Assembly: GCA_946410595.1 (NCBI GenBank)
Contig: CAMKAU010000003.1
Coordinates: 1 to 62,065, forward strand
DNA: 62,065 bases
Origin: an uncultured Clostridia bacterium
Lineage (GTDB): Bacteria; Bacillota; Clostridia; Oscillospirales; CAG-272
Direction: 5' to 3'
The translations under genes were made by a program, and so were the position numbers. The notes below the pieces were generated by a model. That model ran no database searches. It worked only from the letters and a program-made list of their open reading frames with translations, and was not told where the DNA came from. This document shows positions 25,069 to 34,021 of the stretch, in pieces; the stretch's first letter is position 1, and each line of letters begins with the position of its first letter.

Positions 25069-25946
25069 TCGTCGTTCTCCTTGCAAAGGGCGCGGTAAAG
25101 CTCGTTTTTGGCGATCCCGCGGTCGGCGGCGGCGCGTTTGATCGCGTCCATCCGGCGCATTCCGCCCGCTTCGTAAAAGGCGACGTGCTCCTCGGGGGAG
25201 AGCAGGCAGAGGTCGTTTGCCGCGCGCTCCTTTGCCGGGGAGCCCTCGATCACAAGGGCGAACTCCCCGCGCGGCTCCTCGCTTTCGTAGCGTTCCCGCG
25301 CGGCGGAAAGGGTCGTGCGCACGGTTTCCTCGTTCAGCTTCGTCATTTCCCGGCAGAGAGCGATCCGGCGGTCGCCGAGTGTGTCAAAGAGCTCGCCAAG
25401 CGTTTTTTTCAGGCGGTGGGGCGCCTCGTAGAGAACGAGGGTGTCGGAGAGGGCGGCCAGCGCCGCCAGCCGCTCCCGCCGCTCCTTGTTCTCCCGCGGG
25501 AGGAACCCCTCGAAATGAAAGGTGCGCGCGGGGAGCCCGGAGAGGGCGAGCGCGGAGACGGCGGCGGAGGGCCCCGGGATCACGGAAACGGGTACGCCCG
25601 CCTGCGCGCAGAGCGCAACGAGCGCCTCCCCGGGGTCGCTGATCGCCGGCATGCCGGCGTCCGTGACCAGGGCGCAGCTCTCCCCCGCGAGGAGCCGGGT
25701 GAGGATCGCCTCCCCCTTTTCGGCCTGATTGTGCTCAAAATAGGAGATCATCTCTTTTTTGATCCCCAGCGCGGCGAGCAGCCGCCCGGAAACGCGCGTG
25801 TCCTCCGCCGCCACAAATCCGACCTCGGAGAGGACCTTGACCGCCCGTTCGGAGAGGTCGGAGAGATTGCCGATCGGCGTGCCGACCAGATAGAGCGTGC
25901 CGCCGAGGACCGCGTTTTTTTCTTCGCCGTTTCGTTTCATGGTCAT
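25065..25946 (-). CDS. rsmI: 16S rRNA (cytidine1402-2'-O)-methyltransferase
   Basis: GTLYLVGTPIGNLSDLSERAVKVL...VAAEDTR...ALVTDAGMPAISDPG. Confidence 0.9.
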   Translation of the reverse strand: MTMKRNGEEKNAVLGGTLYLVGTPIGNLSDLSERAVKVLSEVGFVAAEDTRVSGRLLAALGIKKEMISYFEHNQAEKGEAILTRLLAGESCALVTDAGMPAISDPGEALVALCAQAGVPVSVIPGPSAAVSALALSGLPARTFHFEGFLPRENKERRERLAALAALSDTLVLYEAPHRLKKTLGELFDTLGDRRIALCREMTKLNEETVRTTLSAARERYESEEPRGEFALVIEGSPAKERAANDLCLLSPEEHVAFYEAGGMRRMDAIKRAAADRGIAKNELYRALCKENDE

Positions 25947-26710
25947 CCTTTTTCAAACATCGTTTTGCCGCCGTAGATCGCGGCGGCGTCCGCCGAATAA
26001 CCGTCGGCGTCCGGGCCGTCCCGCAAAAAGAGCGGACGGGTGATCTCAAGTCCCTCGCCGGCGCCCTTTTTTGCTTCCAGAAGGAGAAGGGAGGGGGCGG
26101 CGGCGGGATGCTCGCAGACGAGCGTCATCCGCTTCGGAGAGAGGGAAGCGGCGCGCAGCGCGTCAAAGAGAGCGGCAAGCCGCTCCGGCCGGTAGACGAG
26201 AAAAAAACTGCCTCCCGTCCGCAATAGCCGCGCCGCCGCGGCGGAAAAATCGCCGATCCCGCCGTACACCTCCCGCCGCGCGGCGTTTTTTTCGTCCGCC
26301 GCGGAAGGGAGCCCCGCGCCGGCGGCGAGATACGGGGGATTGGAAACGACGAAATCGACCTCGCCGCCGCAGTCGGCGGGAGAGGCCTCCCGTACGTCGC
26401 GGCAGAATACGCGCATCCGGTCGGAAAAGCGGTTGTCCGCGGCGTTCTCTGCGGTCAGCGCGGCGTATGCCGGCTGGATCTCGTAGCAAAAGATCCGCTC
26501 CGCCTTTTCCCGCGAGAGGAGCAGCAGCGAGAGGATCCCCGTGCCGGAGCCGAGCTCGGCCGCGGTCAGGGGGCGCCGCGCGGAGGGAACGAAGGAGGCG
26601 AGCAAGAGCGCGTCGGTCCCGAACTTCAGCCCGTTTTTGCGCTGGGTGAGGATCAGGTCGTCGTTGACGCGGTCGGTCGTCGTTTGCGTTTCATAATCGG
26701 GAACGATCAT
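25943..26710 (-). CDS. tRNA (adenine-N6)-methyltransferase-like SAM-dependent methyltransferase (YabB/TrmN6-like)
   Basis: LKFGTDALLLASF, ELGSGTGILSL and VVSNPPYL. Its position upstream of rsmI matches the Firmicute yabB-yabC arrangement. Confidence 0.8.
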   Translation of the reverse strand: MIVPDYETQTTTDRVNDDLILTQRKNGLKFGTDALLLASFVPSARRPLTAAELGSGTGILSLLLLSREKAERIFCYEIQPAYAALTAENAADNRFSDRMRVFCRDVREASPADCGGEVDFVVSNPPYLAAGAGLPSAADEKNAARREVYGGIGDFSAAAARLLRTGGSFFLVYRPERLAALFDALRAASLSPKRMTLVCEHPAAAPSLLLLEAKKGAGEGLEITRPLFLRDGPDADGYSADAAAIYGGKTMFEKG

Positions 26711-26794
26711 AAGACCCCTTTATAACCGAAAAGCGAAACAATCCGGGGAAAACCGGGCTGCTCCGCTTTTTAGGTTTCTATCGAGTTCAGAAAA

Positions 26795-26968
26795 TCATTC
26801 GTCCTGAAGGGGCGCGCCCACGGGGCAGACGCCGGCGCAGGTGCCGCAATCGATGCATTCGTCCGCATCAATTACGTACTTGCCGTCTCCTTCGGAGATT
26901 GCATTGACGGGGCATTCGGCAGCGCAGGAGCCGCACGCGATGCAATCGTCGGAAATCTTATAAGCCAT
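26795..26968 (-). CDS. Clostridial-type 2x[4Fe-4S] ferredoxin (57 aa)
   Basis: Below the ORF-track size cut-off. Translation MAYKISDDCIACGSCAAECPVNAISEGDGKYVIDADECIDCGTCAGVCPVGAPLQDE contains two CxxCxxCxxxCP motifs. GGAGGTG RBS 7 nt upstream. Confidence 0.9.
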   Translation of the reverse strand: MAYKISDDCIACGSCAAECPVNAISEGDGKYVIDADECIDCGTCAGVCPVGAPLQDE

Positions 26969-27000
26969 TCAAAACACCTCCAATACCAAAAGTTAAGTTT

Positions 27001-27028
27001 ATTCTATCACACTTTCCGAAAAAATCAA
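27001..27028 (-). promoter_or_regulatory. Putative promoter for the ferredoxin gene (TTGATT-16-TAGAAT with an upstream TG)
   Basis: Minus strand reads TTGATT ttttcggaaagtgtga TAGAAT. Confidence 0.45.
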
Positions 27029-27085
27029 GCGTTTTCGGAAATATTTTTTGCGGGGAAAAAACGGGGCCGGAAAAACGCGGCGCCA

Positions 27086-28114
27086 TCAGCTTTCCCCGGT
27101 TTCCTCCACGTTCGGCCGGGTAAGGATCTCGACCTGGTTTTCCGCGGGTTTCTCCCCTTCGCCGGATTTTTTCTGCTTCTGGCGGGGGGCGTTTTTCGCG
27201 GCGTTTTCCGCCTTGCGCTGCTTGGCGGTCATCAGCACCTTCACGTCGTCACGCGAGTAATACTTCGGCGATTCGGGCTTGTCCTCCAGCTTGACGCGCA
27301 CCTGTCCGACGAGGGGGTTGACTTCCGTGATGATCCCCTTGCCGCCGGATACCTCAACGAGCGATCCGACCGCCGGCGTCTTTTTGATCTCCTCGTCGTA
27401 CACGTCGTGTTCATAGCGCAGGCAGCACATCAAACGGCCGCACGCGCCGGACACCTTCGAGCTGTTGAGGGAGAAGTTCTGTTCTTTCGCCATCTTGATC
27501 GAAACCTGGACAAACTCGGAGAGAAAGCTGTGGCAGCAGAAGGGGCGTCCGCAGACGCCGAGGCCGCCCATCAGCTTCGCCTCGTCCCGGATGCCGACCT
27601 GCCGCAGCTCGATGCGGGTGCGGAAGATGGAGGCCAGCTCCTTCACCAGCTCCCGGAAATCCACGCGTCCCTCGGCGGTAAAGTAGAAGAGGAGCTTGCT
27701 GTTGTCAAAGGTGTATTCCGCGTCGATCAAACTCATCTCCAGCCCGGATTCTTCGATCTTTTTGCGGCAGATCTCGCAGGCCTTCGCTTCCTTTTGGCGG
27801 TTTTCCGCGTCGTGCTTTTTGTCCGCCTCGGTCGCCACGCGCACGACGGGGCGCAGGGGACGGACGACCTCCCGCTCCCGTACGACCGTGTTGCCCGCGG
27901 CCGCTTCGGCAAGCTCCAGCCCGCGCGCCGTTTCCACGATCACCGCGTCGCCGGCCTTCACGGTCAGCTCGCCCGGGTCGAAGTAATAGGTCTTGCCCGC
28001 CCGCCGGAACCGCAGTCCGACGACGGTAACGGGCGCCTCGGGATCTCTTTTTTCTTTGGCGCCTTCCGCTTCCGCGGGCGCTTTTTCCAGATAATCGTCC
28101 AAACTGTTTGCCAT
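27086..28114 (-). CDS. ricT: PSP1-domain regulatory protein RicT (YaaT)
   Basis: LLFYFTAEGRVDFRELVKELASIFRTRIELRQVGIRDEAK..GGLGVCGRPFCC...CGRLMCCLRYE. Confidence 0.9.
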   Translation of the reverse strand: MANSLDDYLEKAPAEAEGAKEKRDPEAPVTVVGLRFRRAGKTYYFDPGELTVKAGDAVIVETARGLELAEAAAGNTVVREREVVRPLRPVVRVATEADKKHDAENRQKEAKACEICRKKIEESGLEMSLIDAEYTFDNSKLLFYFTAEGRVDFRELVKELASIFRTRIELRQVGIRDEAKLMGGLGVCGRPFCCHSFLSEFVQVSIKMAKEQNFSLNSSKVSGACGRLMCCLRYEHDVYDEEIKKTPAVGSLVEVSGGKGIITEVNPLVGQVRVKLEDKPESPKYYSRDDVKVLMTAKQRKAENAAKNAPRQKQKKSGEGEKPAENQVEILTRPNVEETGES

Positions 28115-28128
28115 ACGGTTCCTTTCTC

Positions 28129-29166
28129 TTACGGTCGGATCCCGCCCCGCGCGTGATAGGCGCGCAAGGCAAAAGCCGGTAACAGCGTTTTCGGCGCGGC
28201 GTTTTTCTCCAGTTCGTCCGCCGTGTCCGTCAGGAGCGAGGAGAGAGCGGCCGCTCCTTTCACGGAGATACGCGAGGCGCAGGCGGACGCTTCCTCCGGC
28301 GTGAGGAAAAAGTCCGGCTCAAATCGCTCGGTACGCTTTGCCGCTATTATATCACGCATCGCGCGATAAATCAACCTCAAGAGGGCGAGCAGCTCCTCTT
28401 TTTTTTGCGGAAAACGGTTGAAAAAGAGCAAAAACTCTCCTCTCGAGCAATCTCTGCCGAACAGCCCGACCGTCTCCGCGACGAGGGCGCGGTCGGCGAG
28501 GGGGGCTTCCGCTTCCTTCTTTTTTTGATAGATCGCCTCGGCAAGCGCCAGATTTCCCCCGGACGCGGCGGCGGCAAAGTCCGCATCGACCCCAAAGAAG
28601 GGGAGCGTGTCCTTCAGATAGGCGGCCAGCTCCCGGCGCGTCGGCGGGGAGAGACGGAGGACGGGGGCGCGGCTCCGCACGGTGGGGAGGAGCTTTTGCG
28701 CGTTTTCCGCCAGCAACAGGTAAACGGTGCGCGAGCCGGGCGGCTCCTCCAGCATTTTCAGGAGGGAGTTTTGCGCCTGCGGGGTCATCCGGTCCGCTTC
28801 TTTGATGATATAACACTTAAAGTCGAGCTCTCCCGGCGTCAGAATGAGACTTTCCTTCAGCCGCCGGATCCGGTCCACGCCGATCGTGGCTTTGCCCTCG
28901 TCGGGGCCGATCGTCTGCACGTCCGGGCAGAGGGAAGAGAGGATCCGAGCGCACGGCCCGCACGTTCCGCATGGCAGAGGGGCGAGGGGATCGGTCTTTT
29001 TTTCGCAGGCAAGCGCCGCGGCAACGGCGCGGGCGAACGCCTCTTTCCCGGACCCCTTCGGTCCTTCCAGGAGATAGGCGTGGGCAAATGCGCCGCTCTC
29101 GATATCGTCGGCGATCGCGCGGCGCAGCCGCGCGCTTCCGCAAACGGAGGGGAACGCTTCCTTCAT
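28129..29166 (-). CDS. holB: DNA polymerase III delta' subunit
   Basis: ATG at 29166 has AAGGAG 6 nt upstream; the track start at 29469 is an over-extension. HAYLLEGPKGSGKEAFA and the zinc module CGTCGPCARI. Confidence 0.85.
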   Translation of the reverse strand: MKEAFPSVCGSARLRRAIADDIESGAFAHAYLLEGPKGSGKEAFARAVAAALACEKKTDPLAPLPCGTCGPCARILSSLCPDVQTIGPDEGKATIGVDRIRRLKESLILTPGELDFKCYIIKEADRMTPQAQNSLLKMLEEPPGSRTVYLLLAENAQKLLPTVRSRAPVLRLSPPTRRELAAYLKDTLPFFGVDADFAAAASGGNLALAEAIYQKKKEAEAPLADRALVAETVGLFGRDCSRGEFLLFFNRFPQKKEELLALLRLIYRAMRDIIAAKRTERFEPDFFLTPEEASACASRISVKGAAALSSLLTDTADELEKNAAPKTLLPAFALRAYHARGGIRP

Positions 29167-29298
29167 CCCGTCTCCTTTCCGCGCCCGAAGGCGTCTTTCT
29201 TTTGCTCCAGTATAGCACAGTTTTGCGGCGAGGACAAGTTTTTTTCGCATAAAAAACTGACAAGCCTCATAGATTGTTCCGAAAGGACGGAAAAAACC

Positions 29299-30210
29299 AT
29301 GACCGAATGGACGCAGCCGAATACTCTGCCGCCGGCGCTCGACGCGCTGGGCGAGCGCGCCAAAGAGGCGATTTTCCGCGCTCTCCGGGCGCGGGGCGTC
29401 TCCCCCTCCGAGCTGACGGAGGTGCGCGTACGCGCCGCCCGCCCCCTCTCCCTTACCCTCGACCGGCAAAACCTCGTTCTCGATCTCTCCTTTTCCGCCG
29501 AGGAGATCGGGGAGACGGTGCGCCGCCTTTGCCGCGGCTCGGTCTACGCCTACGAGGATACGATCCGCGAGGGGTATCTCCCCCTGCCCGGCGGCGTGCG
29601 CTGCGGCGTCTACGGCGCGGCGTACAGCGAGGGGGAGCGGATCCTCTCCCTGCGTTCCTTTTCCGGGCTGGTCTTCCGTCTGCCGCGCAGGATCCGCGGC
29701 AAGGCCGCGTTCCCCGCCTCCCTCTTTTTACAAAACCGGCGGGGGATGCTGCTCTTTTCTCCTCCCGGCGTGGGGAAAACGACGGTTCTGCGCGAGCTTG
29801 CGGAGCGTCTTTCCACGGGGGAACGCCCCCTGCGCGTCGCGGTGATCGACAGCCGCGGGGAGCTCGACGACGGGACCCTTTCCCCCTCCGCTCTGATCGA
29901 CCTCCTCTCCGGCTATCCGAGGGGGAAGGGGATCAGCGTGGCGGTACGGACGCTTTCGCCCGATCTGATCGTAACCGACGAGATCGGGACGCCGGAGGAG
30001 GCGGAAAGTCTCCTCCTCTCCGCCCGGTGCGGGGTGCCGGTCGTCGCCACCGCGCACGCGGCGAGCTTTGAGGAGCTGGAGCGTTCCGCTTTGCTCTCCC
30101 CCCTTCTCTCTGCCGGGGTCTTTCCCGATCTCGTGCGCGTTACAAGAGAGCCGGGGGAAGCGGATTTTACTTTCGAGACGGGAGAGGGGGCGGTTTTGTG
30201 TCGGTCGTGA
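29299..30210 (+). CDS. spoIIIAA: Stage III sporulation protein AA (ATPase)
   Basis: Real start ATG at 29299; track ORF 28405..30210 is over-extended. Walker A SPPGVGKTT and Walker B LIVTDEIG. Confidence 0.85.
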   Translation: MTEWTQPNTLPPALDALGERAKEAIFRALRARGVSPSELTEVRVRAARPLSLTLDRQNLVLDLSFSAEEIGETVRRLCRGSVYAYEDTIREGYLPLPGGVRCGVYGAAYSEGERILSLRSFSGLVFRLPRRIRGKAAFPASLFLQNRRGMLLFSPPGVGKTTVLRELAERLSTGERPLRVAVIDSRGELDDGTLSPSALIDLLSGYPRGKGISVAVRTLSPDLIVTDEIGTPEEAESLLLSARCGVPVVATAHAASFEELERSALLSPLLSAGVFPDLVRVTREPGEADFTFETGEGAVLCRS

Positions 30211-30683
30211 CCTTCGCTGGCGGGGTCCTGCTCGTTTCCGCTTCCTCCGTTTTTTCTTTCGTTTACCGCCGCCGGCTGGAACGCCGCGCCCGCGCCGCGG
30301 GCGAGATCCGGGACTTTTTCTCCTTCGCGGGGGAACAGATCGCCGCCTTCGGCTCTCCCCTTGACCGGATCCTCGCCGCCGCGCCGGAGGGCCTTTTGCG
30401 GGAGTGCGGGTTCTACGAAGCGGCGCGGCGCGACCCCGGCGAGGCGATCGCGCGGGCGTCCGCCGCGCTCTCCCTCGGGCGGGAGGACGAGCGTCTTCTT
30501 CGCGATTTCTTTTGCAGCGCCGGCGCCGGCTTTGCCGGGAGCGAGGAGAGGCGCTGCGCCGCCTTCGCGGCGGAGGCGGGCAGGCGGGCGGATCGCCTGC
30601 AAAGCGAGCTTCCGCAAAGAAAAAAGCTCGCCTCCACCCTTTCCTTCTGCTTTTCGCTGATGGCGATCCTGCTTTTTTTGTGA
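30198..30683 (+). CDS. spoIIIAB: Stage III sporulation protein AB
   Basis: Position in the operon, GTG start overlapping AA, N- and C-terminal TM helices, size 161 aa. Confidence 0.75.
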   Translation: MSVVTFAGGVLLVSASSVFSFVYRRRLERRARAAGEIRDFFSFAGEQIAAFGSPLDRILAAAPEGLLRECGFYEAARRDPGEAIARASAALSLGREDERLLRDFFCSAGAGFAGSEERRCAAFAAEAGRRADRLQSELPQRKKLASTLSFCFSLMAILLFL

Positions 30684-30691
30684 GGTGACGG

Positions 30692-30886
30692 ATGGATATC
30701 GGACTGATCATGAAGATCGCGGGCGTCGGACTGCTCGTCGCCGTGATCAATCAGGTCCTTGCCAAAACGGGCAGGGAGGAGCAGGCGACCTTCGTTACGG
30801 TCGCGGGGATCGTCACGGTGCTGATCGTCCTCGTCGCCGAGATCGCCAAGCTCTTTCAGACCGTCCGCTCGGTCTTCGGACTGTGA
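30692..30886 (+). CDS. spoIIIAC: Stage III sporulation protein AC
   Basis: MDIGLIMKIAGVGLLVAVINQVLAKTGREEQATFVTVAGIV is a typical 64-aa two-TM AC protein. Confidence 0.85.
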   Translation: MDIGLIMKIAGVGLLVAVINQVLAKTGREEQATFVTVAGIVTVLIVLVAEIAKLFQTVRSVFGL

Positions 30887-31266
30887 GCGTCTACGCGCTC
30901 CTCGGCGCGGCGGTCCTGTGCGCCGTCGCGGCTCTCGTTCTGCGGGAGAGCAAAAGCGGGCTCGCCGCCGTCGCGGCGCTCTTTGCGGGGGCGCTCCTTC
31001 TCGGCGCGGCGGCGGAGCGTTACGCGCCCGTCGTGCGGGAACTCTTATCACTTGCTTCGGGCAGCTCGTTTTCCTCTTACGCGGGCGTCTTTCTGCGCGC
31101 GCTCGGCGCGGCGCTGCTCGCCGAGCTGGCGGCGTCCGTTTGCCGGGACCTCGGCGAGACCTCGCTCGCCGCCAAGGCCGAACTGATCGGAAAAGCGGAG
31201 ATCCTCCTGCTCTCCCTTCCGCTCGCGCGGGAGCTGATCGCCGCCGTTTCGGAGCTGATGATATGA
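30883..31266 (+). CDS. spoIIIAD: Stage III sporulation protein AD
   Basis: GTG at 30883 overlaps the AC stop (GTGA). A 127-aa polytopic membrane protein; the upstream part of track ORF 30685..31266 is artefact. Confidence 0.8.
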   Translation: MSVYALLGAAVLCAVAALVLRESKSGLAAVAALFAGALLLGAAAERYAPVVRELLSLASGSSFSSYAGVFLRALGAALLAELAASVCRDLGETSLAAKAELIGKAEILLLSLPLARELIAAVSELMI

Positions 31267-32411
31267 AAAAAGCCGGGATCGCTTTTCTCGTTTGTCTGCT
31301 TTTCGTTCTCTTTCCCGGCTTTGCGCGGGCGCAGGAGTACGAGTACCGCTATATCCCGGAGGAGGAGGGGGAAAACGCCCGGGTGTCGGAGTACGCCGCC
31401 GCCTTCCGCGAAACGCTGCCGGACGGACTGTCCGAGGGGAGCCGGGAGCTGGCGGAGGCGGCGCTGAAAGGGAAGAGCGGGCTTTCCTTTTCCCGCCTTC
31501 TCCGTGAGAGCTTTTTTGCGATCACGCGGGAAGCGACGGCGCCGCTGCGCCTGCTCTCCCTCCTTATCGCGCTTTTGATCGTCCTCTCCCTCTTCCGCTC
31601 GCTCGGCAAAAGCGCGGAGGAAAACGCCGGCGTCGCCGCCTCCTTCCGCCTTTGCTCGGTCCTCGCGCTCTCCTCCTGCGTTCTCGGCACGGCGCGGCAC
31701 ACGGTCGCGGCGGTGCGGGATATTCTTTCCTCCTTCAACTCCTTTCTCTTTGCGATGTTCCCTGTCCTGACCTCCCTCTACGCCTCGGGCGGAAAGGTAG
31801 GGGAGGCGGTCGCCGCCCATTCCGCGCTTTACCTCGTTACCTCTTTTATCTCGGATTTCTGCGTCCGGTTTATCCTCCCGGCGGGCGGGATCCTCACGGC
31901 GCTCGCCCTCGCGGGCGCGGTCCTGCCGTTCGATCTCTCCGGCTTTTCCCGCTGGATCAAGCGTCTCTTTTCGCTCTCGCTTGCGCTGGCGTCCGCAGCC
32001 CTCTCGGCCGTGCTCGCCTTCCAGACCCATATTTCCGCCGCGCGGGACGGACTCGCTTTGCGGGCGGTGCGCTTTGCCGCCGGCAGCTTCATCCCCGTCG
32101 TCGGCGCTTCGCTCGGGGAAGCGTTCCGCACCGTCGCGGGCAGTCTCTCCTTTCTCAAAACGACGCTCGGGTGGGCGTCCGTCGCCGTCGCGCTGGGGCT
32201 GCTTTTGCCGCTTCTCCTCTCTCTGCTCCTCTTCCGGTTTTCCCTCGGCGCCGCCTCCGCCTGCGCGAAGGCGATCGGCTGCCAAAAGGAGAGCGGGCTT
32301 ATGGAGGAGATATCAGAGGTGTTCGGTCTTTACGCGGGCGTGGTAACGGCGGCGGGGTCGGTTTTTATCGTGGCGATCACGCTCCTCGTGCAGAGCGGCG
32401 GGGGAGAATGA
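31263..32411 (+). CDS. spoIIIAE: Stage III sporulation protein AE
   Basis: ATG at 31263 overlaps the AD stop (ATGA). Signal peptide MKKAGIAFLVCLLFVLFPGFARA followed by a polytopic membrane domain, 382 aa. Confidence 0.85.
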   Translation: MKKAGIAFLVCLLFVLFPGFARAQEYEYRYIPEEEGENARVSEYAAAFRETLPDGLSEGSRELAEAALKGKSGLSFSRLLRESFFAITREATAPLRLLSLLIALLIVLSLFRSLGKSAEENAGVAASFRLCSVLALSSCVLGTARHTVAAVRDILSSFNSFLFAMFPVLTSLYASGGKVGEAVAAHSALYLVTSFISDFCVRFILPAGGILTALALAGAVLPFDLSGFSRWIKRLFSLSLALASAALSAVLAFQTHISAARDGLALRAVRFAAGSFIPVVGASLGEAFRTVAGSLSFLKTTLGWASVAVALGLLLPLLLSLLLFRFSLGAASACAKAIGCQKESGLMEEISEVFGLYAGVVTAAGSVFIVAITLLVQSGGGE

Positions 32412-32412
32412 G

Positions 32413-32880
32413 ATGAAGGAAGCGATTCCGGCCGCTCTCGCGTTCGCCCTCGGCGGGAGCTTTCTCTTTTCTCTCCTCCCCGGCGGCAAAAAGGGGATCT
32501 CCGCCGCGCTCACCGTTCTCTTTTCGCTCTCGCTGCTCTCCCTGGTCCTTTGCCCCGTCCTCTCTCTCCGGGAGATTTCCCTTTCCGCGCCGGAGGAGAG
32601 CGCGGAGACCTCTTTTGCCGAGGGGGACCGGAGCTGGATCCTCGAGGAAACGGCCAAACAGATCGGCCGCGAGGTGACCGCCTATCTGCGAGAGCATTAT
32701 CAGACGGACGTTTCGGGAATGAGCGTCGCCGTAACGCTTGACCTCGACGAAGAAAACGTTCTGCGGGTAAAGGAGATCACGATCGATCTGCGCGCCTCTC
32801 TCGTCACCTTTGACGTCCGCGCGCTGAAAAGCGAACTCTCCGACCTGCTCGATACGCCGGTCACCGTGCTTGTGAGGTAA
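32413..32880 (+). CDS. spoIIIAF: Stage III sporulation protein AF
   Basis: Operon position, two N-terminal TMs, 155 aa. Confidence 0.7.
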   Translation: MKEAIPAALAFALGGSFLFSLLPGGKKGISAALTVLFSLSLLSLVLCPVLSLREISLSAPEESAETSFAEGDRSWILEETAKQIGREVTAYLREHYQTDVSGMSVAVTLDLDEENVLRVKEITIDLRASLVTFDVRALKSELSDLLDTPVTVLVR

Positions 32881-32882
32881 CG

Positions 32883-33314
32883 ATGGATACGAAACAACCC
32901 CTAAAAAGAAAAAAAGCCGACCTCCCGCTCCTTCTCTGCGCCCTTCTCGCGGCGCTGGGGATCCTTCTGCTGGCGGGCGGGGCGCTGTTCGGAAGCAAAA
33001 CGGAGGGAGAGACCTCCGCCGCCGCGATCGACGAAGCGGCGTATCTCGACGGGCTGCGCCGGCGGGCGGAGGCGCTGTGCAACTCGGTCGCCGGGGTCTC
33101 GGACGCGGAGGTGATGCTCACCTGCGAAACGGGCTTTGAGTACCGCTATACCGCGGCGGGCAGGCCGGAGGTCACCGTCTATCCGAGGCCGAACGGCGTG
33201 GCCGTCGTCTGCGTCGGCGGCGATCTCCCGCAAAACCAGAAAAAGATCATCGACCTCCTCTCCGCCGCCTTCGGGCTCTCCTCCGCGCGAATTTCCGTCG
33301 CGGGCAAGGCATAG
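32883..33314 (+). CDS. spoIIIAG: Stage III sporulation protein AG
   Basis: N-terminal TM. C-terminus GVSDAEVMLT...GVAVVCVGGDLPQNQKKIIDLLSAAFGLSSARISV. Confidence 0.75.
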   Translation: MDTKQPLKRKKADLPLLLCALLAALGILLLAGGALFGSKTEGETSAAAIDEAAYLDGLRRRAEALCNSVAGVSDAEVMLTCETGFEYRYTAAGRPEVTVYPRPNGVAVVCVGGDLPQNQKKIIDLLSAAFGLSSARISVAGKA

Positions 33315-33385
33315 TTTCCCACCCGCGCGAATAGGATAAAAACAGATGGAAAACCGTCAGATCGGAAAGAAAGGAAGAAAACACT

Positions 33386-33970
33386 ATGCGGGATTTTTTG
33401 AGAACCGTCTGGGAAAAGACGAAAACGGTCGGAGGAAAGATCGGCAAGAGAAATCTGGTCCTGATCGCCTGTGTGTTCGCCCTCGGCGCGGTCGTGTATC
33501 TGAACTTCAGACTGTTCACCGCCCCGGACGGCGCGATCGCCTACGGCACGTCGAATATGAAGGATAACGTCAGCGTCGCCGACGTTGCCGCCAAAGAGAA
33601 AGAGGGAAGCGGCGGCGCCGAGGAGTATTTCGCCTCCACCGTCCTCAACCGCCAGAAGGCGCGCGACGAGGCGATCGAAGTGCTGCGGACCGTCGTTTCC
33701 TCGGAGAGTGCGCTGGAAACGGCCAAAGAGCAGGCGCTCGGCGATATCGAACGGATCGCCGCCGATATCGCCAAAGAGGCGGACATCGAAACGCTCATCT
33801 GCTCCAAGGGCTTTGAGAGCTGTATCGCCGTCATCTCCGGGGACGTCGTTAACGTCATCGTCAAGTCCTCCGGGCTCCTGCCGAGCGAGGTCGCGCAGAT
33901 CAACGAGATCGTCCTCGAACAGACCGGCACCAAACCGGAGAACGTCAAGATCATCGAAAAAAGCGCCTGA
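33386..33970 (+). CDS. spoIIIAH: Stage III sporulation protein AH
   Basis: N-terminal TM. YFASTVLNRQKARDEAIEVL and C-terminal AVISGDVVNVIVKSSGL...INEIVLEQTG. Confidence 0.75.
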   Translation: MRDFLRTVWEKTKTVGGKIGKRNLVLIACVFALGAVVYLNFRLFTAPDGAIAYGTSNMKDNVSVADVAAKEKEGSGGAEEYFASTVLNRQKARDEAIEVLRTVVSSESALETAKEQALGDIERIAADIAKEADIETLICSKGFESCIAVISGDVVNVIVKSSGLLPSEVAQINEIVLEQTGTKPENVKIIEKSA

Positions 33971-33983
33971 AAACGGCAAAAAA

Positions 33984-34017
33984 GAAGAAGCCACGCAAGC
34001 GGGGCTTCTTCCTTTTT
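33984..34017. terminator. Bidirectional terminator between convergent spoIIIAH and 34022..35695
   Basis: GAAGAAGCC ... GGCTTCTTC stem with an upstream A-run and a downstream CTTTTT. Confidence 0.6.
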
Positions 34018-34021
34018 GTTC

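Noticed and set aside
24181-25098. A 305-aa Lys/Glu/Arg-rich plus-strand ORF
   Set aside because: It is antisense to the hydrophobic membrane protein 24247..25068. Its charged low-complexity sequence simply mirrors the Leu/Phe codons opposite.
28405-29298. Upstream 298 aa of track ORF 28405..30210. The same applies to the upstream parts of 30685..31266, 30918..32411, 28129..29469, 52583..54877 and 51997..52899.
   Set aside because: These are over-extended ORFs. The recognisable proteins (SpoIIIAA, AD, AE, HolB, LigA, PlsY) start at internal ATG or GTG codons with SD sequences or stop-start overlaps. The upstream parts overlap other genes or intergenic promoters.
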